DNA of 63,896 bases, the filler included, from Craspedostauros australis (lineage: Eukaryota), in NCBI GenBank assembly GCA_030167865.1. It is 16 parts of 16 records of this genome, joined end to end, with 100 filler letters (N's around TTAATTAATTAA, not from the genome) between each part and the next. Parts side by side here need not be neighbours in the genome. Positions count along the whole stretch, not along the records: positions 9,234 to 20,461 come from JALAGF010004923.1; positions 20,562 to 27,411 come from JALAGF010004924.1; 14 more parts are not named here. The stretch is one strand, 5' to 3'. The notes beneath the pieces were generated by a model. That model was not told where the DNA came from and ran no database searches. It saw only the letters and a program-made list of their open reading frames with translations. Every line of letters starts with the position of its first letter. Position 1 is the first letter of the stretch. This document shows, piece after piece, positions 11,631 through 23,500 of the stretch. The position numbers and the translations under genes were made by a program.

Positions 11631-14600
11631 CTTGTATAGTCTGATGGATAACCTCTGTCTCTTCTATTTTGTCTATGATTTCCTCATCGTCTGTGTTCTC
11701 GTTGTCATCACTCAGTTCGTCAGCTAACTCGTCGCTGCGTTTGTTGCTCTCCTTGTTTGATGATGATTCGTTCTCATCACCTCGTTCCTTTTGACCTGGT
11801 CTGTTGTTGTCTGCGAGCGCGCACAGTGCTTTGGGAATCTTCTTCCCTGCAGTTGCCTTGGGATTGTTCTGTCCCTTCCTGCCTCTTGCTTTGTGACACA
11901 TGAGTCTCTCCTTTCTGTCTATGTCACGCTTGCTTGGTTTGGTTGGTGAAGGTCTTGATGGTGTACCACGCGCAGGCCTCGCTGGTGTGTTCAGAGGAGT
12001 GATGCCCTTGTCATTGTCGGCTTCGTCGCCGGATAGTAGGATCTCGTCATCCTCAGGGTCGGACTCGCTCCGATCTTCCTCGTTCTCGAGCAATTGGGTC
12101 GCTGCTTCCTCGTCCTCATCATCGCTGTCCGATAGGATGTGATACTTGTTCGTGTTGGCAAAGGATACTCTCCTTGGTTCTGTCGTTTGATGCATTGCCA
12201 TCCTTGGCGTTGCTCCCTTCCGTCCGACGGTTGTGAAGCTATCTGCATTCGTCATTTCTGAATTGTTGAGTGTGTTTGGTACTTGCGCCCAGCCACAGAA
12301 CTGTCCGTATGATTGGTTGAGCTATTTGATGTCGCAGGAACAGACCAGTGACTTGGTTGATGGTCTGTACATGTTGTACACTCCTGATGCATGTTGGTGT
12401 GCATATCCGATGAACACCATCTCTTCTCCTCTATTCTTGAGCTTGGCGGAGATCCCACCATAGGTGGTCTTCACAACAACCACCTCTCCGAATTTTTGAA
12501 GTGAATCGGCGTATGGTGGATTGCTGTCAAAGAATTGGCGATGGCAGTGGCAGTGCTTGCAGCTGCTGCCCACAGGCCATGCCTCTATTTGTTGTTGAGT
12601 TGTGCTCCGTTGAGCATGGAACGGATCTTGGTGTAGAGATACGCAAACTTGCGTTCTACTCTACCATTCTACTGTGGCGTGTTGGACGCCATGAACTCGA
12701 ATTTCGCATTCAGTCCTGCATCGATGAGAGTATCCTGTGTGGACTTGTTCTCTCCGCTGTTATCGCCTTGGAAAATGATTTGTTGATCACCTGTGTGTGA
12801 CTTGATTGTCTGCACAAATCGTTTGATGTACCCTGGTTGGTCCCTCTTGTTCTGCAGAAAGAAACTCCAGCAGTGGTCCGTGAAGTCGTCCACAATCAAG
12901 GTCCAGTAGCGTTTATCTCCAAAGCCTATGTGTTTAGTGTAACTGATATCAATGAAGAGGTGTTCGCCACGGCGAGTCGCTCTTGGGATTCTAGTCTTTG
13001 AGATGTTCTTCACTCTCGCATTCGCGACAGCACAGTCGCGACACACCAGCATCTCGCCGATGATCTTCCATCCGTATTGAGCAACTGTCCGCTTCATGGT
13101 CTCGAGTGGTGCGTGATGGAGCATTCGGTGTAAGCTCACCACGCTCACCTCCTTGGATGGGCTCTTGATGATGGCTGTGGAAGCCTTGTCATCCTCAGTT
13201 GGCATGATGGGATGCATCTGCACTCCTGTGATGAATCCGTTAGATGGTGGGAAGATGCGATCGAAGATGATCTTCTTCCCAGCTCTGTTGACGATGTCCA
13301 TCAGAATGCCGTCGTTACTGATCTGGTAACTGTTGTATAGTGCCTTGTTCGTAGAGAAAAGGTTCACCACCATCTTGGGTGTGTACTTCACATGATCAAG
13401 CCGGAAAATGTGGCCAGTGTTGTCTTGTTGCTTGACCTTCAAGCGAATGGATCCCATTTTGGGAGAGTCCAGCTTTGTGCTGTCTCCCACTTGGACGAAG
13501 GACTTGATGTGCCGCACGTTGAAGAGGCCGGCGTCTGAGTTCACGATGTGACACAAGGCTCCGCTGTCGGCAAGCCAGGTATTCTTGTTGACCTTGTCCT
13601 TGTATTTGGTGCTCAGCTCATGAAGCTGTTCCATGGCAGCCGCTGCCATGTCGTCGTCGTGATCTTCTTCGTTCCGTCGTCCATCCTGTGGTAGTCCATG
13701 CCGTTGTAGTACGGTTCTCCGACTGCTGGAGTCATGTCTTCTCGGTGAGTTCCTGTCACCGAATCGTATGGCGTGACTTGTGGTCGCTCGCGCAGGAGTA
13801 CCTGCATACATCCTCCAAGGACATAGTGCAATCCCGTCTCTGGAATGAGTTTGTCTTTCCTCCAACAGCCGGTTGAGGATCACTGTGTTGGCGAGAATCT
13901 CTTCGATTGATCGGAAATTGTCGGACAGTATGGTGCCAATCACGCGCACCCATATGTGTTGCAGTCCCCTGTTGATCATCCCTGGGAAGAGATGCATGCC
14001 TGCTACCATCACAGCGTCGTGGATGAGCTGTCGTTGCATTGTCTCTGCTGTCAATGTAGGATATGGGATCGTATCATGCCTGTGTATGGTGTCGAAGCCT
14101 CTGGCGTTCTGGACTGGTGGGAACAAGAAGTCTGTTGGATAGATGACTCTCTTGTTTGGATTGAATCTGTCCACTTCTTGTTCTGATTCATTGCTGCTGT
14201 CTTCATGGAAGATACCCATTCTGTTGTTCCTTGCCGCTGGAGGAGGCGGCGCCTCACCGCCGTTTGTCTTGTCGCCAGAGACGTCTTCGTTGTCTTGATG
14301 CGCGCCGTTCTCATTGGTGTCGGTATCGTCTGCATTCGTGACCGCTTCCAACTCGATGGCTATGGTCTCTGCTCCCATCTCAGCTGCGTCGCCGGACCGA
14401 TCAATGATGTCGTTCACATTGAAGCAGTACTTGTAGCTGACTTCGCGACGTTGGTCGACTTCATGGATGATTGGCTCGTCGCTGAGCCACGCTGGCACGA
14501 CCTCGTCGTCGTGTACTTCGTCATCGTTTTCGAAGTGTTGGAAGTGATCGAAGAATGAATCCTTGATGTTGTCGGATACCTCCAAGCAGAGCATCATGTC

Positions 14601-16046
14601 CAGTATAGAGAGCATCATCTCATGGCCGCTCTTCTCATGTCTTTCCTTCGCTGTGTTGGCCTGCTCGTCGGCCTTCTTCTTTTTGTTGAACTTCTTCTTT
14701 CGGCACTCTACCTTGCAATGTCCGATGATGCCGCAGTAGTGGCACTTTCTGTTGAATCTGCTTCCCTTGCCTTTGTTGTTTCGGTTTCCGTTCTTTCTGT
14801 TGTTGTTGGCGCTTTTCTTGTTGTTTGCCTTCTTCCGTTCGGGACAATTCGCAGATCGATGACCATACACACCACAGTTGTGGCAGATTCCCTTGAAGTT
14901 GCTGGTGCTCGCAAAGTCAGCGTCATTAGTCTTCATGCTGCTGTCTTGAAATTTGTTGACGTAGACCTTCCCTCCTTGGTTGGTTGTGTATGCTGTGCGA
15001 AGTAGTGCTCTGATTGTGTTGATTGTGACGACAATTGGGTTGAATGTGAGTTGATGTTCAAAGTTGACGACTTGTGCTTTGTACTCAGCACTCACTGTGC
15101 TGACGATCTGTATGATCATTTCCTCGTTGCTGATCTTGTGCCTGACGTCTTGAAGGCGGGAGTGCAGTAGCTTGAGCCATGTGATGTAGACATCTGGATC
15201 AGTGTCCTTCTTCATCTTCTTGTTGTTGAACTGCCTCTTGAGCTTGACCTTGGTGGCGGCATCGGACGGCTTGTACTTCTCCGTGAGTAGTTTCCACACC
15301 TCGTGTGGGTTCCCCTCAGGGAATATGTTGGAGATGCATTGGTTGTTGTATTGGATGGCTTGCTTGCCTGTACCCTTCTCTGCATCCATCATGAGGATCA
15401 GATTGCTGAAGCAGTTGGCTGCCAGCTTGTAGGTATCCTCCAATACTTCCTTGTCTGCTTCTGTGGCAGCTCCGATGTTGCTCTTGGTTGGGCTCTTTGT
15501 CTTCCCCAACATCACATCTCTCGTTCTCTGCGCACACGTGTACGCCTTTGTTTGGGACTCCCAGGCATTGTAGTCCTCCTGACTACCACTGAATAGCGGC
15601 GCCTTGATGGGTTGCTTGTTCACGTTGGCTGATGTCGCCATGTTACTCTGTTGCTTCATTGATGTTACGTGCACGCTCGTGATCTCCGTTTGTTTATGTG
15701 TGATCGCTTTTTCAATTTTCGCTCGTGTTTCCGCGGAGATGTCTTTCGTCACAAATTCTCCTCCTCATGTTGTCTCACTTTCTCTGCTCTGTTTGGCCGT
15801 GCGAATGCTCTTCGCCACACCTGTCTCTTCTTGCTTGATATTTGTGAGAATGCTCTTCTGCACGAGTCGTAGTCTCACAAACCGATCCTCGTTGGTCTCG
15901 TTGATCGTGCTTCCTTCTGCGCTAGAGAGGACAGTGGGCGCACCTGCTTCCTTCTGTGGTTGAAGTGGAGTCTCACTTGCGCCTTCTTCTTGTTTGATAG
16001 TTGGGTTGGACAGAGGGATGTCTTTCAATTCCTCTTCCTCACTCAT
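11596..16046 (-). pseudogene. Copia gag-protease-integrase, disrupted
   Basis: FSGSQEDYNAW, CHNCGVYGHRSANC, WLADSGALCH, HRMLHH...CRDC and QGDNSGE. Collinear with 2309-5759, with stops at 15765 and 12669 plus frameshifts. Confidence 0.9.
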
Positions 16047-16127
16047 TCAGCCTGCTGCTCTTGAATGATGTGGTCTTCTTTGCACGATCCGATCCGCGGG
16101 CTTGCCCTGATCTATTGTTTACAAACG

Positions 16128-16879
16128 TGTTGGAAAGTTCCGTAGACGGATACCTTGCGATCATGGAAGACAGTGATGGCTGTTATGATGACAATTGTTA
16201 TTTCATGACATTGCTCCTCCGATGCTCTTGGTGTCTCTCTCTGACTATGAGTTGGCACACAAGATACTCTCTTGCCATTACTTGTATTCTCTCTCTCTCA
16301 ATATTTTGCGTTCACAACAAGCGATATTTCATGCTCGATATGTGCTCTGTATTCGACACATACTCAGCCGTCTTGTCCTCTACTGGCCCACTACTCTGCG
16401 AGTATTCGCAAATGTTTTGTCCAAACTCCTCCTTGTATATCTACGATCTTGATGTTGCTTGGCCATTGAATCTTTGCCTTCTTGATCTGATGTGGAGACA
16501 GCTGCCAACGTGGTGACATGATGACATCCTGTCAATGTCAGCTGTTGTCTTCCATGGTCCTTCAGAATCCAGATTCCATTGATGATGCAGTGGTCTGGCA
16601 AGGGTGTCATCATTTGAGGTTTAGTTGGGAAATATATCAAGCCTGACTCGATATCACATGTTTTGTTGATGGATGGACGGACGATGTTCCTTATGCTCTC
16701 ATAAATGGTTGTTCACAAATTTCCCCCAAGATTTTGGTGGTTTTTGTGTGTCCGAATTTGTGATGTGATTTCGATCAAACACAGTTCACTATCAACACGA
16801 ATGTAGTTGCGCCGTCTGTGTGTATAGTATAAGAGAACAATGAGTGAGCGATGCACATGCACATATGCACATTCCAACA
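16128..16879 (-). repeat. 5' LTR (752 bp) with 8-bp inverted termini TGTTGGAA...TTCCAACA
   Basis: TGTTGGAA at 16128 and TTCCAACA at 16872-16879. The interior is similar to 9234-9700 and 54555-55328. Confidence 0.8.
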
Positions 16880-18881
16880 TTGGTAGCCTCATCCGCAGAG
16901 ACATCATCATTGGCAGGAGCCTTAGAAATCCTGGCATCACTGTCTGCAGTGGTGTCAACTGCATCAAGTGCGGGATCTGGTGGCGGCGCAATGCATGTTG
17001 GCAGAGTGATGCCATTGGCACTTGGAACAGTGGTGAAGTGGTGCAGATACATGTGGAACTTGCAGGCCTGGAAGTTGGTGACCCAATCGTTGTTGCCATC
17101 ATCTCCACAAGCATGAAACCATGATCAAAGCTTCCACCTGCCATGGACATGGACAAGATTGCCACATCAATGCACCAATTGGGCATGGAAGAAGTCATCA
17201 TCACTGTTGAGCAAATTGTAGAATTTACCGTTGGTGGTAGTCTTGAGGTCATCCCACATGAGGGGAACCACGTCCAACTGAGCCACGCAGAGATGAGGGA
17301 GGCATCAACAAGAGCATGGCGCTACCATTGTTGACAGCCATGATGGAAGGAAGAAGGAAGCAAGAATGGAGAGCATGGGCAAAGACGTTGAGGGAAGATA
17401 CTGTGAATGCAATGGAATGTGATGTCCCTGAGCACTTGCGAAGAGAGGAAGTAATGACAGATTCACGTGACACGTGAAAAAGCCATCACTTGTCACTATT
17501 GTGCGAGTGTGGTGTGTTTGAGATGGTACTAATGGTGGATTTAGAGTATTGGAGATGTGATGATCTAGGTCTGTGGCAGCCGAGGTGCCTCCATCAGCAT
17601 CTGTCATCATACGGAAGCACGTATGCCAACAAGCGAGTTTGCAAAAGTTGAACACAACAAAGCCAACTAAAAATACGCATAAATACTAACTTCGACCAAT
17701 TCGCACTGTCAGAATTTGTATTTTGGCGCATTTCTGACAGCTGCCTCATCCAAAACATGAGAAAATTAACAATTATGAACGCTTTCGAACACCTGATGTG
17801 ACGTCACGACACAGAATTGCGGGAAGACATCCACGAACAGAGGGGAGGGACAGAACGCATCGATGATAAAAACCTGTCGGATCGACACACAGGATGGTAT
17901 CGCATTCTGCTGTCGTGGTACTTGGCAATGCCAGAGACAAGAAACGAGCGCGCGAGTTTCGAAGGAAGGAAGATTCACTAAAAACAGGCAGTTTGGTTAC
18001 CGCAACCCCCACTTTTGATGACGTCGTTGGTGTCTCAACACATGTCGCAAAAAAGATAAGTGGAAATCATTTCGGAACGGAGGAATATAATATTATAGAA
18101 TATGTTGTATGTTTGAGAGGAGTCTTCCTGTGCAGGCTGTTCATCGTCATTCCTCGATTATATTAATAGCATTCATTTCTTGAATACAGCGCGGAAGGTG
18201 GCGATGCCGCCGATTCGAGATCTTGCAGCCGAGATGGTGCCGTTTGGGTATTGTCGACTGTCCTCGTCGCCGCCAGTATCGTGTTGGTTGTTTCCAACAA
18301 CAAACTCCAGGTTTTGCAGTTTGCCGGTGCCTCCTTGTTGGTGTGGCGAATACCTGAGAACCAGTATCCATTCGGCGCCAAAAGGCGAGGACAAACGGAA
18401 CAAACACATCCACAACAGCATTTTCGTCATCACCATTCCCCCACTCACAAAGTCCCCGTGTCAGAACAACACCGAGCAACAACTACAACCGCAACAATCG
18501 TCTCGATGATTGCAACTATGGCTCTCCGCACTCTTGCCGTACCTATTGTACTTGGCTTTTGATTCCCCCCAGCCACCCCTCAAGGGCAGTGTCAGGTATA
18601 ATATGAAAGTGGATAGCAACCAACAACCGATAACCGACAACCCAAACAGGCAAGTGCTTTCATTCCAGCCAGCAACAACTACAACCACAACATGGCGAGA
18701 ATGAAGGTGAAGAGCCATAGGCAGAAGGGACGAACGAGCAACAAGGATCACAAAATGCGGCAATCAGTATCAGTAGCACTATCATCACGAATACAGCACG
18801 CAACACGCGATAATACACTACAATACGCTACACTCCAGCAGAGCAGAGCAAAAAGTCCACTCGTGCAAACGCAACACCAAG

Positions 18882-20461
18882 ATGCCCATCATCTCCAAAG
18901 TCGCCATCTCGACGGTGCTCGGCGCCGCCTCAGTGCTGACGACAGCCAAGGCACAGCAAGTCCAACCGGAGCAGCGTAAGCACCATGCCCAGCAGCAGCA
19001 GACCCACCAGCAGAAGCGCAAGGATGAGAACGGCAACGAAGAACCGACAGAAGCAGCCTTCGCTGAATCCATCGTCTTCGGTGGCTACGGCTCGGCATCG
19101 AAGGGTCCCAAGTGCGAGGAGACCACCAAAAGCTCCGCAACCAACTCCCCCCAAGCCAAGCAGACATGGGACGCCTTTGCGCAAGACAGAAAGGATTCTG
19201 CGTCCCAACTCCCTGCCGCCAGCAGGATCCAGGTGACCCAGTTCGGAGCCGTGCCGTCCGCCTCTCACGGTCACGCCGGCGCCACAACCAGCGATGTCGG
19301 GAACCTGGGGGATCACGGCGGCATCAACGTCATGGATGACGGTCTCAACGCCGACAAGCAGCTGCATGACCACGCTCCCATGCTTAACAGCAAGGTCTGG
19401 TTTTCGGAGCATCAGGTGGACGGAGTCCCCATGGCCAACCAGATGCACCGCCAGCAGAGGCGCAAAATCCAGCTGCCCCCGCGTCTGGGCACACCGACAG
19501 GACCGACCAGTCCCACTGGACCATCAGGGCCGACTGGACCGACTGTCCCGGCCATCGGAAAGGCGAGCAAAGCCGGGATCGCCCCCTTGATTTTGGTCAA
19601 GAGCCCCAAGGGCTCAACTCCAGCGCCCGGCACGGATCCGAACGGACCACCTCCAGGCACCTGCTTCGAAGAAGTCAGGGCCCGCTTCCGGCTTTCCCCA
19701 AGCGGCAAGGCCATCAAAGGTGCTTCTGTGGAGACGTATATCGGCACTATCTGCATCGCGCATGACAAGGAGAGTGAATTATCGGAGACCCCGAGTGAAA
19801 CACCAACCGCGGATCCCATCATTGTGGTCTTCCCTTCTTCGGAGCCTTCGTTTGTCCCTACCGGCAGCATGAACCCATCCCAGGCACCGACAGGGGTACC
19901 GTCACGTACAACGGCACCCTCCAGCGCTCCATCTGAGATTCCGACCGATTCTATCACACCATCCGTCACCCCGTCTCACATTCCAACTAGATCGAACGCA
20001 CCATCAACTCTGCCATCTGCAACTCCAACGGACTCAAGCGCACCATCAACTCTGCCATCGCAGACACCAACGGACTCAAGCGCACCATCAACTCTGCCAT
20101 CNNNNNNNNNNNNNNNNNNNNNNNNNNNNNNNNNNNNNNNNNNNNNNNNNNNNNNNNNNNNNNNNNNNNNNNNNNNNNNNNNNNNNNNNNNNNNNNNNNN
20201 NNNNNNNNNNNNNNNNNNNNNNNNNNNNNNNNNNNNNNNNNNNNNNNNNNNNNNNNNNNNNNNNNNNNNNNNNNNNNNNNNNNNNNNNNGCGCACCATCA
20301 ACTCTGCCATCTGCAACTCCAACTGATTCCAGCGCACCATCAACTCTGCCATCTGCAACTCCAACGGACTCAAGCGTACCATCAACTCTGCCATCGCAGA
20401 CACCAACGGACTCAGGCGCACCATCAACTCTGCCATCGCAGACACCAACGGACTCAAGCGC
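18882..20461 (+). CDS. Secreted Pro/Ser/Thr-repeat (mucin-like) protein with KxxK motifs, 3' truncated
   Basis: Hydrophobic signal-like N-terminus (MPIISKVAISTVLGAASVLTTAKA). Motifs KGPK, KASK, KSPK, KAIK, followed by 14-aa APSTLPS(A/Q)TPTDSS repeats. Confidence 0.75.
19997..20461 (+). repeat. 42-bp coding tandem repeat
   Basis: GCACCATCAACTCTGCCATC...ACGGACTCAAGC recurs on both sides of an N gap. Confidence 0.9.
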
Positions 20462-20560
20462 NNNNNNNNNNNNNNNNNNNNNNNNNNNNNNNNNNNNNNN
20501 NNNNNTTAATTAATTAANNNNNNNNNNNNNNNNNNNNNNNNNNNNNNNNNNNNNNNNNNN

Positions 20561-23500
20561 NATGGGCGGAGCGGAGTCGCCGAGGCTCTGGCGCAAGGCC
20601 TGGACCCAGGGGATGACCTGGCTGGCCGCCTCTGTGCTGGGGGGGCGTTCCCAGAGCGGGCGCAGCACCGCTGGTATGGTGGACGGTGCCTGCGATTGCA
20701 ACGCTTGGAAGTACTGGAGCAATACTGGTGTCATGTCGTCTTGCGTCATGGCTGCCTTAGTGTCGTTCCGATCCTGCCACTGGGCCAGCACTGCGTGCCA
20801 CAGGGTGTTGGTGACGCTGGCCTGCCAGTCATGGAGCAATCGCGGGGCCCGTCTGCAGCGGTGAGGCGCCATGGGCGGCGCCTGTGATCTCCACTGAACG
20901 GCCCATCCTCCCCAAACCATTGCATTCCAACCCACCTTGCTCTGGTGCAGCTGTATGTCCCTGGTGGGAGAGTCTCTGATGCCGGACGGTGGGAGGCCCC
21001 CTGTGGTGATGCGTTGTATGGCTGTGCACACTAGCTGGGCGACGGCCAGTGGCGTCGTTGGCGGTCGCACGATTGACCGCACCTTCTGTATCGCCTTGGC
21101 CCAGATAGCTTGGCTGGACAGGCCGGGGCACATGATGATGTGGGAGTTGTCCTCGGACCTCCCGCATCGGGGACATCGGTCCGTCGTCGTCTGCTGTCTC
21201 CTGGCCATATTCTTCCCGCTGGCGCTGGTGCCAGTCATGAGTTTGAGCAGGGTGCGCCGCTTGCCGCCCTTCCATTTCCGTGAGACAGAGCGTAGGGGCG
21301 CCCAGTCCACCTCGGCTGGCTGGCTTTGGCCCCACCTGTTACACCATTTGGCTTGGACGTCGTTCCGATGGAGAGCTTTGTAGATGGTCCAGTAGTTCAG
21401 ATCGGAGATGGTGCCGCTTGCGGTGCGCAGGTGCCATCCACCTGTCTGTATGACCAGCTCTGGGGCCTGCGGTCCGTGGACGGCGAAGGCTGCTGCCCAG
21501 CGATGTCCCGCGTGCTTGTCGGCTAGGACATTCATTACCTCCCAGTCCGACAGCAGACGGCCGTCGTCGTCGGCGTGGCCTTGGACCTCCTGCTGTTGGA
21601 ACCGTACTGGCGATTCCCGCAGACATCGGACCAGCTCCGACCAAAGGTCGTAATCTGGTTTGTTGGGGTCCGGCCATAGGGATGGATCGGCGGCGCGCAG
21701 TGCCCTGTTGTTGTCGCACGCGATCGTCGCCGCTCCCTGTATGCCTGCCCACTCTGCTACCGAGGTGATGATCCACACCGACATTAGAACGCCGGCAAGT
21801 TCCGATCGGTTGGAGTCGGTGGCGTGCGACCCGATTGGCACTTCGGCAGTTGCGACAATTTGGTGGTCCTCGTCGTTTGGGGCCCGTTGGATGACGGTGG
21901 CTGCAGTTCCTTGGCTGTTCTTGGCCGATGCGTCACTGCAGGCCGAGTACGTGCCTGCTGCGATTGCCTGGACTAAGCGGTGAATGCTGCCATGGACTTG
22001 TATGTCGGACAGCATATGCGCCGCCGCTGGCCCTTTGCTTCGAAACCATTCGCGCAGCGTGGAGGGAGGTTGTGGTCTTCGGATTTGCCCTTGAGATACG
22101 ATGACCATGCCCGACCGCCTGGGCGCTCGGTCAATGACTGTGGCTGGTTCCTGGTCGGCCCCGTCAGTTGTGGCAGCCTGGCCTGGCAGTGTTACCGTCC
22201 CGTCTGGTCGTAGGGTGGCGCGTCGCCTTGGGGTGGTTAACCACGGCCCCAGCTTGTGTCTCACATGCCATCCCGGTCTGTCTGTAGCTACTAGTGCTTG
22301 CAGCACTTGGTCCCATGCCTCCCAGGCCTTCTTGGAGACTCCTCCCACCACTGGCCACCTCGTGACTCCGGCCGGTAGTCGGGAGTGTTGGAGGATGCGG
22401 GATCGTACTTGGTCGCCTTGGGCGGTGGCGATGTCCGATAGCCAGAGCACTCGCAGATACAGTCTGGCTACGTTTGCCAACGCCAGCGTGGAGCAGTGCA
22501 CCCCTGCTCTGATGGCAAGGTGCATGACGAGCTCGTCGCCGTCTCGCGGGGGCCTTGCCTGGTGCCTTTGTTCTGTCATGATGATACCCAACTCTGTCGC
22601 TGATTGGAATGTGTTCTGCCACCATGTGGCTGCGGTCCAGGCTTTCCACTTCGTCTCTGTTTGTTGGAGACGCCCAGGCAACCCTGTCCACAACTCCAAA
22701 TGCCTCAGGGACGTCCGCAGTAGCTTGCCAGTGTCGGTGGGCTGCTCAAAGTGTCGCATGATCGTCGACAGGTGGGCGATCACTTGATTGGTGTGGAGGT
22801 GTTGGATCCCCATTCCCATATTGTCGGTGTGCCCGAACACGTAGTCTCTCGCGATGGTTCTGGCAACGCCCATGGATGGTAGGGCAGTGGTGAGGGCTGC
22901 ACTCATGATTGCCTCCCATTGCGGTCGGGACATGGTTGTGGCTGGGGAGGAGTATGCGAGGGCGGGCCACAGCACTGACTTCGTGGCGATTTCGACGTCC
23001 TGCTTGTGGATTCGGGATGTGCGGATTTTGTTGGCCCACTCTCTTGACTTCTGTAAGAGATATGACGCGTGCTCCGTTTGCCGTCCATCTCGTCGCGACA
23101 CCATACCCAGGTACTTGGATGCTGACCTGGGGCTGGAGACTGCCAGTTGAGTGCGTCTGCCTGTGGGGTTGCGCATGTGAAGGCTTTGGGTTGGAGCGGC
23201 GAGGTCGTACACCCATTTGACTCGGTTCCATTTGAAGCGTATCAGTTGCCAGAAACTATTTGACGGCTCCAATGCTCCTCCCGTGGCTGTCAGCAGGTCG
23301 TCCCAGCTGCTCACTGTTGTCTGGAACATTGCTGCTTGCTCGTTTGGGCGCGCTGTCGGCAGGCTGTGCATGACGTTGGTGTCGTCAACGTACGCGGTGC
23401 CAACTATCGTGTGTTGCTCGTTGGTGACGGGGTTGGGCACCCGGAGTCCATGTCCTTGTGACCGCATGTGGTCTATGATGGCTGAGCTGATGAGTAGCCA

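Larger units (their letters stand above)
9234..16879 (-). mobile_element. Near full-length but decayed Ty1/copia element (family A relative)
   Basis: 5' LTR at 16128-16879, gag-PR-IN at ~12250-16046, RT-RNase H at 9758-11630, purine tract at ~9738-9747 and rearranged 3' LTR remnants at 9234-9737. Multiple stops and frameshifts. Confidence 0.92.

Noticed and set aside
17707..17739. Short inverted repeat TGTCAGAA...TTCTGACA
   Set aside because: Only 8 bp, seen once and with no TSD evident, which is too weak to call an element or terminator.
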